Below are positions 1 to 10,568 of a DNA stretch of 64,000 bases, piece by piece. The notes beneath the pieces were generated by a model. That model did not search any database. It was given only the letters and a program-made list of their open reading frames with translations, and had not been told where the DNA came from. Made by a program: the position numbers and the translations under genes. Every line of letters starts with the position of its first letter. The stretch's first letter is position 1. This DNA is from Candidatus Marinacidobacterales bacterium (GTDB lineage: Bacteria; Acidobacteriota; Vicinamibacteria; Marinacidobacterales; DATDRI01), in NCBI GenBank assembly GCA_965219415.1, contig CBDCNP010000002.1, positions 2,816,001 to 2,880,000 of the forward strand. The letters are read 5' to 3'.

Positions 1-570
1 GAAGCCTCCTTCGCCCTCCAGCCGGCGGAACAACTCCGCCCGGGACAAGTCAGCTCGTAGCGCATCGGTCAAGGCGGGAAGCAGTGCTTCCGCCTCTCCC
101 ACCGCGATCAGATCCAGAAACGGTGCCAAGGGTTCCGGGTTCAAGAACGTCACCGGGCCGCCGGCCAGAACCAAGGGGTCTCTCTCGTTTCTCTCCCCAG
201 CCAGAGGTGAAATCCCGGCCATGTCCAACATCGAGATCAAGTTTAGCTCGTCCGGCTCGAAGGTAATGGAGAAGGCCACGACATCGAAGTCACGCACAGG
301 CGTCCCGGACTCTAGGGTGGCGAGGGGCTCTCCTCTCTTGCGAAGCTCGTCGATGTCGCCATGATCGGGCAGAAAAAACCGCTCGCAGACCACATTGGGC
401 TCATCGTTCCAGAAACGATAAACGGCCTGAAAGCCTACGTTCGACATCCCGATGTAATAGGTGTTGGGGTAGCCGATCGCCACACGGAGCTTCCCCGCAT
501 GGGGCTTGAAGACCGTCCCGATCTCGCCCTCGAGCAGCTCCCGGTTCCGTTCCTGTAACTTCCTATTCAT
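1..570 (-). CDS. Radical SAM family protein (B12-binding-like N-terminus), partial; runs off the window start
   Basis: Not in the ORF track. Manual minus-strand translation from ATG at 570 (alternative 579) gives MNRKLQERNRELLEGEIGTVFKPHAGKLRVAIGYPNTYYIGMSNVGFQAVY...VVCERFFLP...LESGTPVRDFDVVAFSITFE...LAGGPVTFLNPEPLAPFLDLIAVGEAE, open to base 1. These motifs are typical of the N-terminus of this radical SAM family. The CxxxCxxC motif would lie outside the window. Confidence 0.8.
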   Translation of the reverse strand, partial: MNRKLQERNRELLEGEIGTVFKPHAGKLRVAIGYPNTYYIGMSNVGFQAVYRFWNDEPNVVCERFFLPDHGDIDELRKRGEPLATLESGTPVRDFDVVAFSITFEPDELNLISMLDMAGISPLAGERNERDPLVLAGGPVTFLNPEPLAPFLDLIAVGEAEALLPALTDALRADLSRAELFRRLEGEGGF

Positions 571-659
571 ACAAACCATCGATTTTAGCCATCTTATTGA
601 CGAAAGTCCAATTGGGTGTTTACAATGGAACGTCCCTCGCAAGAACTCACCGAAACAAT

Positions 660-1856
660 ATGAGTAACCGAAAAGGCACCATTGCCATCTTGACCGGAGG
701 CGGCGACGTACCCGGACTGAATCCCGCGATCCGAGCCTTGACGATCCGGGCACTTCGGGAAGGCTATCGGGTGCTCGGCGTCCGCCGCGGATGGGCCGGG
801 CTCGTGGACTTGGTACGCGACAGCATGGTGCCTTCCTACGAGCAGGTCATCGAGCTCACCGAAGAAGTCGTCAACAAGGTCGGCCGCACCGGCGGGACGT
901 TTCTCCATTCCTCCCGGACACGCCCCAGCCATCTCCCCATCGCCAGCGTCCCGGAACACCTCAAGGAGCGCTATACAGAAGACATCAACGATGTCACCGG
1001 CGAGGTTCTCGCCAACCTCGACTGGCTCGGCGTCGACACGCTGATCCCCATCGGAGGAGACGACACCCTCTCCTACGCCGCGAGGCTCCACCAACAAGAC
1101 GTCGGCATCATCGCGATTCCGAAGACTATGGACAACGACGTCCCCGGGACCGACTACTGCATTGGCTTCAGCACGTGCGTGACCCGAACCATCGAGATGA
1201 CTCATGCCTTGCGGACCACCGCGGGAAGCCACGAGCGTTTCTTGGTGATCGAGGTCTTCGGACGCTACGCGGGATTCACGTCTTTGATCCCCACCATGGC
1301 GGGTGCCGCCAATCGTTGCGTGATCCCCGAGCACCAATTCGACATCGAGCGCCTCTGTGAGCTTTTGGCTGAAGACCGCTATTCGAATCCCAGCAAATAC
1401 TCCGTCGTGATTGTCTCCGAAGGGGCCACATTCAGCGGCTCGGAACTGGTTTACGACAAAGAAGAGAAGGATCAGTACGGCCACAAGAAGCTGGGAGGTG
1501 TCGGCGACGTCCTTTCGGAAAGACTGAAGGAACTCTCGCCGAAATTCAACAAGGGACGCCGCATCAACGTGATCAACCAGCGGCTGGGCTATCTCGTGCG
1601 CTGCGGCAACCCCGACGCGATGGACTCCATCGTACCGATGGCCTTCGGCAACCTCGCGATGGATCTCGTCCTTCGGGGTGTGGACGGCAAGTTGGTCTCG
1701 GTCCGAAACGGGCGTTACGACAGCGTTCCGCTGGATATCGTGACCAGCGAGAAGAAGGTCGTGAACGTCGAAAAGTACTACAACACCGACCGACTACGAC
1801 CCATCTTCGACAAGTTCGACGGCAAGCCGCTCTTCATCATGACCAGCGAGTCGTAG
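660..1856 (+). CDS. pfkA: 6-phosphofructokinase (PfkA family, PPi-type residues)
   Basis: TGGGDVPGLN, GGTFLHSSR, IGGDDT, PKTMDND and EVFGRYAG motifs. ATG at 660 is preferred over the ORF-track start at 597. Confidence 0.92.
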   Translation: MSNRKGTIAILTGGGDVPGLNPAIRALTIRALREGYRVLGVRRGWAGLVDLVRDSMVPSYEQVIELTEEVVNKVGRTGGTFLHSSRTRPSHLPIASVPEHLKERYTEDINDVTGEVLANLDWLGVDTLIPIGGDDTLSYAARLHQQDVGIIAIPKTMDNDVPGTDYCIGFSTCVTRTIEMTHALRTTAGSHERFLVIEVFGRYAGFTSLIPTMAGAANRCVIPEHQFDIERLCELLAEDRYSNPSKYSVVIVSEGATFSGSELVYDKEEKDQYGHKKLGGVGDVLSERLKELSPKFNKGRRINVINQRLGYLVRCGNPDAMDSIVPMAFGNLAMDLVLRGVDGKLVSVRNGRYDSVPLDIVTSEKKVVNVEKYYNTDRLRPIFDKFDGKPLFIMTSES

Positions 1857-2135
1857 ACAGGGTCGGGCTCCCGGGCACGAAATCGCTCCATTGTTTCTTT
1901 GCCCATTTCTTGCTAAACATGTGTCGTCCCCTCTCGACACCAATATAACAACGTACTTTTCTTGACCTTGAGACGACGCGAGTCGAAAGGAATCTGCTTT
2001 GACGAACTTTTTGTCTCAAGACTTCTACGCGTTGACTAGACAGTCAACGCACACTCGAGAGGTGGCACTACTGAGGCAACAAGGAGATCAAAAAACTTGT
2101 TGTGGGAATCTTGTCAAGGGAAAATTTGATCTTTT

Positions 2136-4588
2136 TTACTTTGGAGCGAGGCGCTTCAGTTCCTCGAACCAGTTGAGGACGACCACCAAGCTTCTCTTGG
2201 AGCTAGCGTCCCGCTGAATCATGAGAAAGCGCTCTCCATCGCGAGAGACGTCGAACGCGGGCTCTGCCGCGAATCCAACGTCGAGGACGACGCGGGGCGC
2301 ATCCGCGGAGAACTTGGGCTCCGTTTGGATGGCAACCGCCATGATCCGGTCGCCCTCCCGGTAGAAGAGCTCTCTTCCATCCTTGGACCAAACCGGCCAC
2401 GAACCGCCGTCGGTCGAGAGGGCCCACTTTCCTCCCGGGCCAGGGAACGGCCGAACGTAGACTTCGTGCCGCCCCGTCTCGTCCGAGACGTACGCGAGGA
2501 AACGCCCGTCGGGAGAGAACATCGGGGTTCGCTCAACGAACTCGGTGGCAAGGAAGGGTTCTGGCTCGCCACCGAGCGCTAACACGAAGATATCTCCTCC
2601 ACGGGTCGCCAGAGCCAGGAAACGGCCATCCGGGGACCACGAGGATGGCGCGAGGTAAAGGAGATCGCCGGGGTCACGCCGATAAAGGACCTCTGTCTCC
2701 CCGCTTCCATCGGCTGAGATGGTGAGCAGGCCCATCGCATAGTGAACAAAAGCGATCCGATCGCCTCCGGGCGACCAGACCGCGGCGGTGCCGCCATCGA
2801 CCGTGAGGCGCGAGCGCGTTCCACGCTCGATATCATGGAGCCACAAATCGAAGCCGGCCGTCGGCGAGTTGATCGCCACAGCGACGCGACTCTCATCGGG
2901 GGATAATCTTAGCACTTCGACGGCTTCAAGGTTCTTGGAGAGCGGCGTCACGCGACCCTCTCGGTCGACCCCAACCAGTCGGAAGGCGGCGCCCACATCG
3001 GGCGGCACGTACACGAGAGTACCCTCATGAGAAAGTGCGAACTGTGCCGCGGTGTTGCCTGTCAACTGAACGCCCTCGACCACCGGCGCGGGCGTCCCTT
3101 TGATCTCCAACCGATCGGAATCGAACGGCACCGCCCAGAGGCCGCCCTCTCGCTGATAGACCAGATGGCCGGACGCGGTGAGCTGGGGCGTCGTCCCTTC
3201 GAGGAGGACCCGCGGCTCGTTGCTTTCACGGGGAAGGACCGCGACTTCGCTCGTCCCTCCGCCGGAAGAACCGAAGATGATCGTATCGTCGTCGCCCCAG
3301 CTCACTCCCCTTGCGGCCACAGGCAACTCGGAGATCGTCACCGGAGCTCCGCCGGAAAGGGACACCTTCCTAAGGCGCAAATCCGCGACCTGGAGGAACC
3401 CGGCCCACTGGCCGTCTGGGGAAACGAAGAGATTGTTGGGATTTTCCGTTCCGGGAAGCGGCGTCCCTTCGATCTCGTCGAGCGCGCGTCGATACAACTG
3501 ACTGACGCCGTCCCGCTCGCCGCGATAGACGAGGGTCCTGCCATCGGGCGTGATCTTCACGAACTGCCCCATGGTGACACTGAGCTCGCCGGCCTCGGTC
3601 CGGAGCCGGATCACCGGTGGGGCATCGGGGCGCGTGAATCGATGAACCGCAACGCCAACCACGGCAGCAGCAAGCAAGAGGGCAAGTACCCAAGCGAGCC
3701 GCTCACGGCTTCGTGCTCCGGCCGGGGCCGTCGTCGAAACGTCTGCGTCACCCTTGTCGCGAATCCATCCGAGCTCCAGCATCAAGTCCCTCGCGCTCTG
3801 CCAGCGATCCTCGGGATCTTTCGCCAGGCACCTCTGAACGAGACGCTCGAGAGCGAAGGGCGTCAAAGGCTGGAGGCCGGAAATGGACGCGGGCTCGGCG
3901 CTCATGATCGCGGTGATGAGGCTCGCCTGACTCTCTCCTTCGAAAGCCTTCCGCCCGGTGAGCATCTCGTAGAGGACGGCTCCGAACGCAAAGAGGTCTG
4001 CCCGTGCGTCGGCTTCCTTCCCCTCGAGCTGCTCCGGGGCCATGTACTGGAAGGTTCCCAAGATCGAGCCTTCCTGAGTAAGAGGCTTCGCTTCAGTGGG
4101 CAAGGCCGATACGCCACCGGCATTCGTTTCCGCCGCCGTCATCTTCGCTAGCCCGAAGTCGAGAAGCTTCGCACCGGACTTCGTCACCATGATGTTGCCG
4201 GGCTTCAAGTCGCGATGAACCACACCTTGACGGTGCGCTTTGTCGAGAGCGTCGGCGATCTCAGTTCCATACTTCAAGGCTTGATCTAGAGGCAGCGCTC
4301 CTTTCTTCAACCGATCGGCGAGCGTGTCTCCCTCGATGTGCTCCATGACCATGAAGTCGATGCCGTTCTCGCTGCCGATGTCGTGAAGCGTGCAGATGTG
4401 TGGATGGTTCAGGCTCGAGACGGCGCGGGCTTCGGGATGGCTGGCTACGTGAGACGGAAGGACCTTGATGGCGACGGTTCGGTCGAGACGCGTGTCTTTG
4501 GCCTTGTAGACTTCCCCCATTCCCCCCGCACCCAAAGGTGCGAGGATTTCGTAGGGACCGCGAGACGCTCACCCGCGCTGAGAGCCAT
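2136..4588 (-). pseudogene. Ser/Thr protein kinase with TM helix and TolB/PD40 beta-propeller; N-terminal frameshift and apparent internal deletions
   Basis: GAGGMGEV, VAIK, HRDLKPGN, DFG and APE motifs, then a TM helix and SPDG repeats. The start MALSAGERL (ATG 4588) is out of frame with GPYEILAPLGAGG because of an extra 2 nt near 4560. The usual RFERE stretch before EARA is missing. Could be assembly error. Confidence 0.75.
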
Positions 4589-4643
4589 GCCCCCTCACCC
4601 GGCGTCTGACGTCGTCGATAACAGCACGACACGCCTTGACGCC

Positions 4644-4732
4644 ACCCTCTCCCAGCCCGCCTTCGTCCGCTTTTTTTCCAGAGAACTTCGGCGGGTCCGC
4701 CGAAGCTTCAGCGAAGGCGGAAGGGAGAGGGT
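4644..4732. repeat. Nested palindromic REP-like element
   Basis: ACCCTCTCCC(4644)...GGGAGAGGGT(4732) encloses CCGCCTTCG...CGAAGGCGG and CTTCGGCGG-GT-CCGCCGAAG. Confidence 0.65.
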
Positions 4733-4821
4733 AACAAGGAAGTAAGTCACCATCATTGTGGTGAAAATAGACCCGCACGGACTGAAAAGTCAAAGAGTAG
4801 CCAGGTGAGGGCGTGGCAAGA

Positions 4822-4897
4822 GCGCAGCTCATGCCGCAGAACCGCAGCTCAGGGCCCCACAGCCGCAGCTTGTGAGCTAGAACCGCAGCTCGTGAGC
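4822..4897. repeat. Short ~20-21 bp-period tandem repeat immediately after the ftsZ stop
   Basis: (G/C)CGCAGCT at 4822, 4842, 4863 and 4883; AGAACCGCAGCTC occurs twice. Confidence 0.6.
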
Positions 4898-4899
4898 GG

Positions 4900-6120
4900 T
4901 TATTTCTTTCTCAAAAAAGTCGGGACGTCGAGATCCTCCCCCTCATCCTCTTCCACCGGACCGAAGTCCAAATCGGCGTTGAGAGCACTATCGACATTGC
5001 TCTCTTCGTTCCCGGGACGGTAGAAGCTGGTACCACCGGTGGTACCTTCGCGGACCACCGATTGGTAGTTCTGCATGTCCACCGGAGTCGTGGCGCGCTG
5101 CAAACGGCCCGCCTTTTCGTTCTTCGGGAAGCCGGTGGCGATGACGGTGATCTTGACCTTGCCTTCCATCTTGGGCTCCATGACCGCGCCGAAGATGATG
5201 ACCGCGTCCTCATCGGCCTCTTGATGAATGATCGAAGACGCTTCGTTCACCTCGGTGAGGCTCAGATCGTCGCCGCCGGTGATATTAATGATGACACCCT
5301 TGGCTCCGTCGATCGAGGTGTCCTCGAGAAGCGGACTCGAGATGGCTTTCTGGGCGGCTTCGACGGCGCGATTCTCTCCGCTGGCAACACCGGTGCCCAT
5401 CACCGCATCGCCCATGCCGCGCATGATGGTCTTGACGTCGGCAAAGTCCAGATTGATGAGCCCAGGCACGGTGATGAGGTCGGAGATACCCTGGACTGCC
5501 TGCCTCAAGACATCGTCGGCAACGCTGAACGCTTCGGGCAGGGGGGTGTCTCTTTCCACGGTGGCGAGTAGCCGGTCGTTCGGGATGCAGATGAGTGTAT
5601 CGACGCAGTCGCGAAGCTCGCGGATCCCCTGATCGGCCTGCGCCATGCGACGCTTGCCTTCGAATGTGAACGGCTTGGTTACCACCGCCACGGTCAGCGC
5701 ACCCAGCTCACTCGCCAGCGAGGCGACGATGGGCGCGCCACCGGTTCCGGTTCCGCCTCCCAGACCGGCAGTGATGAACACCATGTCGGCTCCTTCGAGG
5801 GCCTCTAGGATCTTTTCCGTATCCTCGAGCGCCGCCTGTCGGCCGATCTCCGGTTGCGCTCCGCAGCCCAGACCCTTGGTGAGCTTCTCCCCGAGTTGTA
5901 TCTTGGTCGTGGCGTGGTTGGTGCGGAGTGCCTGCGCGTCGGTGTTCGCCGAGAGGAACTCGATCCCCCCGATGCGGGAAGCGATCATCCGATTCACGGC
6001 GTTGCCTCCTCCCCCGCCCACTCCGATCACCTTGATCCTGGCCCCGGTGACGAGGTCTTCTTCAGAAGCGAAATCCTTCGGTGTCTCTGCCGCTAAATCG
6101 TCGTCTTCAAAACGAATCAT
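4900..6120 (-). CDS. ftsZ: Cell division protein FtsZ
   Basis: [17 protein letters not shown] tubulin motif, INLDFADV and C-terminal DVPTFLRK. Confidence 0.99.
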   Translation of the reverse strand: MIRFEDDDLAAETPKDFASEEDLVTGARIKVIGVGGGGGNAVNRMIASRIGGIEFLSANTDAQALRTNHATTKIQLGEKLTKGLGCGAQPEIGRQAALEDTEKILEALEGADMVFITAGLGGGTGTGGAPIVASLASELGALTVAVVTKPFTFEGKRRMAQADQGIRELRDCVDTLICIPNDRLLATVERDTPLPEAFSVADDVLRQAVQGISDLITVPGLINLDFADVKTIMRGMGDAVMGTGVASGENRAVEAAQKAISSPLLEDTSIDGAKGVIINITGGDDLSLTEVNEASSIIHQEADEDAVIIFGAVMEPKMEGKVKITVIATGFPKNEKAGRLQRATTPVDMQNYQSVVREGTTGGTSFYRPGNEESNVDSALNADLDFGPVEEDEGEDLDVPTFLRKK

Positions 6121-6141
6121 GCACCCACCTCCCTCGAGGAA

Positions 6142-7398
6142 TCAAAAACTCATTGACATTGCATGTAGCCACTCGCGCACTCGCGCCGCCACCCGCCCCA
6201 GTGGCGTGCCCACCATATCGCGAGGCAGGAGGTGATTTGACCTACTTCTAAGCCCGTAAATTACCAACCCCACCCCGGTTGCGTAGGACGGGCTGGCTAC
6301 GACATCGACCAGCCCACCGATCCCGGTCGGAACCCCCCGACGAATCGGCATGTCGAAGATTCGCTCCGCCACTTCGGGAAGTCCCTCCAAGGAGGCGCTT
6401 CCGCCGGTGATGACCACGCCCGAGTTCAAGACTCGCTCGTAGCCGGCGCGACGAATCTCTTGAAACACCAAGTGGCAGATCTCTTCCGCTCGCGGTTGAA
6501 GAATGTCCGCCAAGATCTGGCGTCCGAGGATGCGCGGTTTCCGCCCGCCTACACTCGGCACCTCGATGGTGTCCTCTTCCGACACCATCGTCGCCAAGGC
6601 GCAACCGTACTTCTTCTTGATCTTCTCCGCTTCCAAGATGGGGGTGCGCAATCCAACGGCAACGTCGTTGGTGAAGTGGTCCCCACCGGTCGGTAAGACC
6701 GACGTGTGCCAGATGGTCCCTTTGTCGAAGATGGCGATATCGGTCGTTCCTCCACCGATGTCGACCAAGGCGACGCCGAGCTCCCTTTCGTCTTCGGTCA
6801 GGCATGCGTCGGCTGCCGCCAGCTGTTCCAGCACCGTCTCTATGACCTCCATCCCGGCGCGATTCACGCAGGTCACGATGTTCTGTGTGGCGGTCGTGCT
6901 CGCTGTGATGATGTGCACGTTAGCCTCGAGTCGGCTGCCGGTCATCCCGGTAGGATCGAAGATCCCGTCGTGTCCATCCACTACGAACTCTTGCGGCAGC
7001 ACGTGGACGATTTCTCGATCGCTCGGCAGGGGAATGGCTTTGGCAGCCTCGATGGCTCGGTAGACGTCTTCCCTACCGATCTCACGGGTCTTGCTTGTGA
7101 TTGCCACCACCGCTCGGCTGTTGAAGCCCTTGATGTGTCCCCCGGCGAGGCCGACGTAAGCCGATTCGATCTCGACCCCCGCCATGAGCTCCGCCTCCTC
7201 GACCACCCGCTTGATGGACTCGACGGTCTGCTCAAGGTTGATCACCATCCCCTTGCGCAAACCCTTGGACTCGGTGGAACCAATACCGATGATCTCCAGG
7301 CGACCCTCTTCCGTTACCTCGCTGACTATGGCGGTCACCTTAGCCGTGCCGATGTCGATGCCAACGATGTATCTCTCTTTCTTGGTCAGGACGATCAC
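6142..7398 (-). CDS. ftsA: Cell division protein FtsA
   Basis: GIDIGTAK, DIGGGTT, VITGG, C-terminal amphipathic helix; lies upstream of ftsZ. Confidence 0.98.
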   Translation of the reverse strand: MIVLTKKERYIVGIDIGTAKVTAIVSEVTEEGRLEIIGIGSTESKGLRKGMVINLEQTVESIKRVVEEAELMAGVEIESAYVGLAGGHIKGFNSRAVVAITSKTREIGREDVYRAIEAAKAIPLPSDREIVHVLPQEFVVDGHDGIFDPTGMTGSRLEANVHIITASTTATQNIVTCVNRAGMEVIETVLEQLAAADACLTEDERELGVALVDIGGGTTDIAIFDKGTIWHTSVLPTGGDHFTNDVAVGLRTPILEAEKIKKKYGCALATMVSEEDTIEVPSVGGRKPRILGRQILADILQPRAEEICHLVFQEIRRAGYERVLNSGVVITGGSASLEGLPEVAERIFDMPIRRGVPTGIGGLVDVVASPSYATGVGLVIYGLRSRSNHLLPRDMVGTPLGRVAARVREWLHAMSMSF

Positions 7399-8288
7399 CT
7401 CCCCCCAGCTGGGACCAGCTCTTCGACTACATCCTCAGACGTCTCGAGCGCGACGTCCTCCGACATTTCTTGGGCGGCGAGTTGTAAGTACACCCGCCCC
7501 TCGAAGCGCACGTCCACAGCGTCAACCGATAAAAAACGGCTTTGAATCTCCTCCGTAAGTGGAACGATTTGCCGGAGACGAGAAGCCAAGTCGGCCTCTC
7601 CTCCGATGATAGCGAGCCGCGGATGGCGAAGCAGGACTTGGATGGAGTCCTTTCCGCCCGAGACGTCGATCTCCGAGACCGCCGCCTCAAGTTTTTCATC
7701 GGCCGCCAATGCCGAAAGGACCCGCCCCGCCAATTCCCGCCGACCGGGTAGCAACTCGCCTCGCTCGTCCGCGAGTCCGCTGACCACCGGAAGCGCAAGG
7801 TCTCCGTAACCGGGCCCCATCTCATCGAGGAACACGCCATCGGCATCAATCAGGTAAAGACGATCCACAACGGCGATTCCGAGCGGGACGCGCTCCACCA
7901 GCCTGAGAGTAAGGGTTGCGGGAAGAATCCGCGCCAGCTCCACATCCTTCACCCACGCCGAAAGGAGCAGTTTCTGCTTCAAAGTATCGAGGTCCAACGA
8001 GAGGATATTCGAGCCAGGATGAAGCCCCAGCGCTTCCAGAATCTCCCCTTCCGCCAACCGTTCGTTCCCTTCAACAAGAATTCTGCTAACCGCGAGCTCA
8101 GGAGCTCGCCCCGCCGCCGCGGCGGTCCAAAACCCCGCGGCGACGAGAATCGCGAGCCCGGTGACCGCTCCCATCCATCGCAGCGCCACCAAGACCGCTC
8201 TTTTTGAAGCGCGTCGAGGACGGACGCGCCTCCTCAAGAAGCGCTCGGAAGAAGTCGTACTCCTCTTCGCTCGCTTCTCTAACTCCAC
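7395..8288 (-). CDS. ftsQ: Cell division protein FtsQ/DivIB
   Basis: Basic N-terminus, TM helix, POTRA-like segment (VEGNERL...WVKDV...LPATL), DVRF motif; dcw position. Confidence 0.9.
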   Translation of the reverse strand: MELEKRAKRSTTSSERFLRRRVRPRRASKRAVLVALRWMGAVTGLAILVAAGFWTAAAAGRAPELAVSRILVEGNERLAEGEILEALGLHPGSNILSLDLDTLKQKLLLSAWVKDVELARILPATLTLRLVERVPLGIAVVDRLYLIDADGVFLDEMGPGYGDLALPVVSGLADERGELLPGRRELAGRVLSALAADEKLEAAVSEIDVSGGKDSIQVLLRHPRLAIIGGEADLASRLRQIVPLTEEIQSRFLSVDAVDVRFEGRVYLQLAAQEMSEDVALETSEDVVEELVPAGGR

Positions 8289-9193
8289 TGCCGGACCTCC
8301 TCTTCCAACTCGATAGAGGTAGCTTGATGAACCTTCTCCTTGATCTCCTCGATGAGGGCCAGGACGTCTGCCGTCGTCGCCCTGCCGTCGTGAACAAAAA
8401 AGTTCGCATGGACCTCGGAAACTCGGGCGCCTCCCACCCGCCGTCCTTTCAATCCCAAGCTGTCGATGAGCCGGCCGGCCGAATCGCCCAACGGGTTCTT
8501 GAAAATACAGCCGGCGCTCTTCACCCCGACCGGTTGGCTTGTCTTGCGATCCGCCAGCTGTTTTTCCATGTCCGCACGAATGGCGCGCGGATCATCCTCC
8601 GCTAGCTTCACTCGGCATCTCGCCACAACGAGCTCGTCTCCGAAAGAAGAATGACGATAGCGAAAGTCGATCTGCTGCCGCGACAGCTCCAACTTCTCTC
8701 CTCGTGGGTCGATGACCGTGACGTGCTCGACCCACTGGCCGATGGAAAACCCGAAGGCTCCCGCATTCATTGCCAGGACACCCCCCACCGAACCAGGAAT
8801 ACCGACTCCACCTTCGAGACCGCGTAGCCCTCGCGACACGGCAGCCCTTACCAACCCAGGAAAATGAGCGCCGGCTTCGGCCTCGACTTCCCCTTTGTCT
8901 CTAAAACCGACGATCTTCATCGCTCCCGTGTGAATGACGACTCCGCGAACGCCTGCGTCGCTCACCAAAAGGTTGCTGCCCCCTCCCAACACTCGTGCGG
9001 GAACCTTGAGCTCATTGGCCAAACGAACGGCGGACAGCAACTCTTCCGTCGAAGCAGGGAATGCCAACACCTCTGCCGGCCCTCCCAAGCCGACGGTCGT
9101 ATAGCGAGCCAAGGGTTCTTCCTGCCGAAAACGCACCCCTGCCTCCTTGAAGGCAGTGACCAACTGGACGACCGGATACTCAGTCACGTTCAC
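8279..9193 (-). CDS. murB: UDP-N-acetylmuramate dehydrogenase
   Basis: [38 protein letters not shown]. Confidence 0.97.
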   Translation of the reverse strand: MNVTEYPVVQLVTAFKEAGVRFRQEEPLARYTTVGLGGPAEVLAFPASTEELLSAVRLANELKVPARVLGGGSNLLVSDAGVRGVVIHTGAMKIVGFRDKGEVEAEAGAHFPGLVRAAVSRGLRGLEGGVGIPGSVGGVLAMNAGAFGFSIGQWVEHVTVIDPRGEKLELSRQQIDFRYRHSSFGDELVVARCRVKLAEDDPRAIRADMEKQLADRKTSQPVGVKSAGCIFKNPLGDSAGRLIDSLGLKGRRVGGARVSEVHANFFVHDGRATTADVLALIEEIKEKVHQATSIELEEEVRQWS

Positions 9194-10568
9194 GAATCAT
9201 CTCCGCCAGCTCGTCAGAGAGCGATGTGACGCTGCCCGCTCCTAGCGTCATGACCAGGTCACCTTCTCGAAGCTGGTCCTTCAAGATTTGGGGAACCGTC
9301 TGAATGTCTCCCACGAAGCGGACATCGCGGTGGCCATGCACTTTGATACCGTCGGCAAGCCGTTGACCGGTTACGCCCGGTAACGGATCCTCTCCGGCGG
9401 GATAGATCTCGGTCACCAACAAGAGATCAGCCTGATGAAAGGCTCGGCAAAAATCATCGAATAGCTCTTTCACCCGCGAATAACGGTGGGGCTGAAACAC
9501 CACAACCGTCCGACGCCCGAACGCTTCTTTTGCAGTAGCCAAGCTGGCTCGTATCTCCGTTGGATGGTGACCGTAATCGTCCACCACTAGAATCCCCCCA
9601 TGGTCGCCTTTGACCTGGAACCTCCGATCGACTCCCGAGAAGGATTCGAGCCCGGCACTGATGCCCTCGACCGAGATGCCTAACTCTAGCCCCACACCAA
9701 CGGCTGCAAGGCTGTTCAAGGCGTTGTGCCGCCCCGGAACGCGAAGCTTGATCGAGCCCATCTCCTGGCCACGGATCTTCAACCGATAGCAAGAATTCGT
9801 GCCCGACAGATTGATCGAGTCTGCGGTGATGTCCGCTTGCGTCGAGAACCCGTACGTCACGTAGCGTCTCTTGATGCGGGGCAAAATGTCCTGCACGCGC
9901 TCATCATCCAGACACAATAGAGACGCGCCGTAAAAGGGGACCTTGTTCGCGAAATCTACGAATGCGTCCTTTAGATCCTCCATGTCGCGATAGGCCTCGA
10001 GGTGTTCACGATCGATTCCGGTGACCACCGCCGCCACCGGGGAAAGGTGCAAGAAACTGCGATCAGACTCGTCCGCTTCTACGACCATGAAATCCGAGCG
10101 ACCTAGCTTGGCGTTACTTCCCAAAATCCCCAGCCGACCGCCGATCACCATGGTCGGATCCAGACCGGCGCGATCCATTAGCACCGAGATCATCGAAGTC
10201 GTCGACGTCTTTCCATGGGAGCCGGCCACCGCGATGCCGTATTTCAACCGCATCAACTCCGCCAGCATCTCGGCGCGCGGAATAATCGGGATTTGAAGTC
10301 GCCTCGCCTCTTCGAGCTCTGGATTATCGGAACGTACGGCGGACGAGACGACCACCACGTCAGAGCCCGGCACATGATCCTTGCGATGCTTCTCGAAAAA
10401 CTTGACTCCCATCGATTGAAGCCGCTCGACCACGGCGCCTTTGCGCAAGTCAGAACCGCTCACCGGGTAGCCGAGGTTCACGAGCACCTCGGCTAGCCCA
10501 CTCATCCCGATTCCCCCTACGCCCACGAAATGGATCCGGGTCTTTTGGGAGAACAACGGTGCACTCAC
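9180..10568 (-). CDS. murC: UDP-N-acetylmuramate--L-alanine ligase
   Basis: [45 protein letters not shown] start at 10568 overlaps the murG stop. Confidence 0.98.
   Translation of the reverse strand: MSAPLFSQKTRIHFVGVGGIGMSGLAEVLVNLGYPVSGSDLRKGAVVERLQSMGVKFFEKHRKDHVPGSDVVVVSSAVRSDNPELEEARRLQIPIIPRAEMLAELMRLKYGIAVAGSHGKTSTTSMISVLMDRAGLDPTMVIGGRLGILGSNAKLGRSDFMVVEADESDRSFLHLSPVAAVVTGIDREHLEAYRDMEDLKDAFVDFANKVPFYGASLLCLDDERVQDILPRIKRRYVTYGFSTQADITADSINLSGTNSCYRLKIRGQEMGSIKLRVPGRHNALNSLAAVGVGLELGISVEGISAGLESFSGVDRRFQVKGDHGGILVVDDYGHHPTEIRASLATAKEAFGRRTVVVFQPHRYSRVKELFDDFCRAFHQADLLLVTEIYPAGEDPLPGVTGQRLADGIKVHGHRDVRFVGDIQTVPQILKDQLREGDLVMTLGAGSVTSLSDELAEMIRERD

Noticed and set aside
594-1484. Long antisense and alternate-frame ORFs (this one, 3027-4151, 41130-42188, 44787-45827 and others)
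   Set aside because: Shadow ORFs expected from GC-rich codon bias opposite well-supported genes; no motifs.
4822-4897. Mini CRISPR array
   Set aside because: The period of ~20 bp is too short, the spacers are not unique or of CRISPR length, and no cas genes are present.
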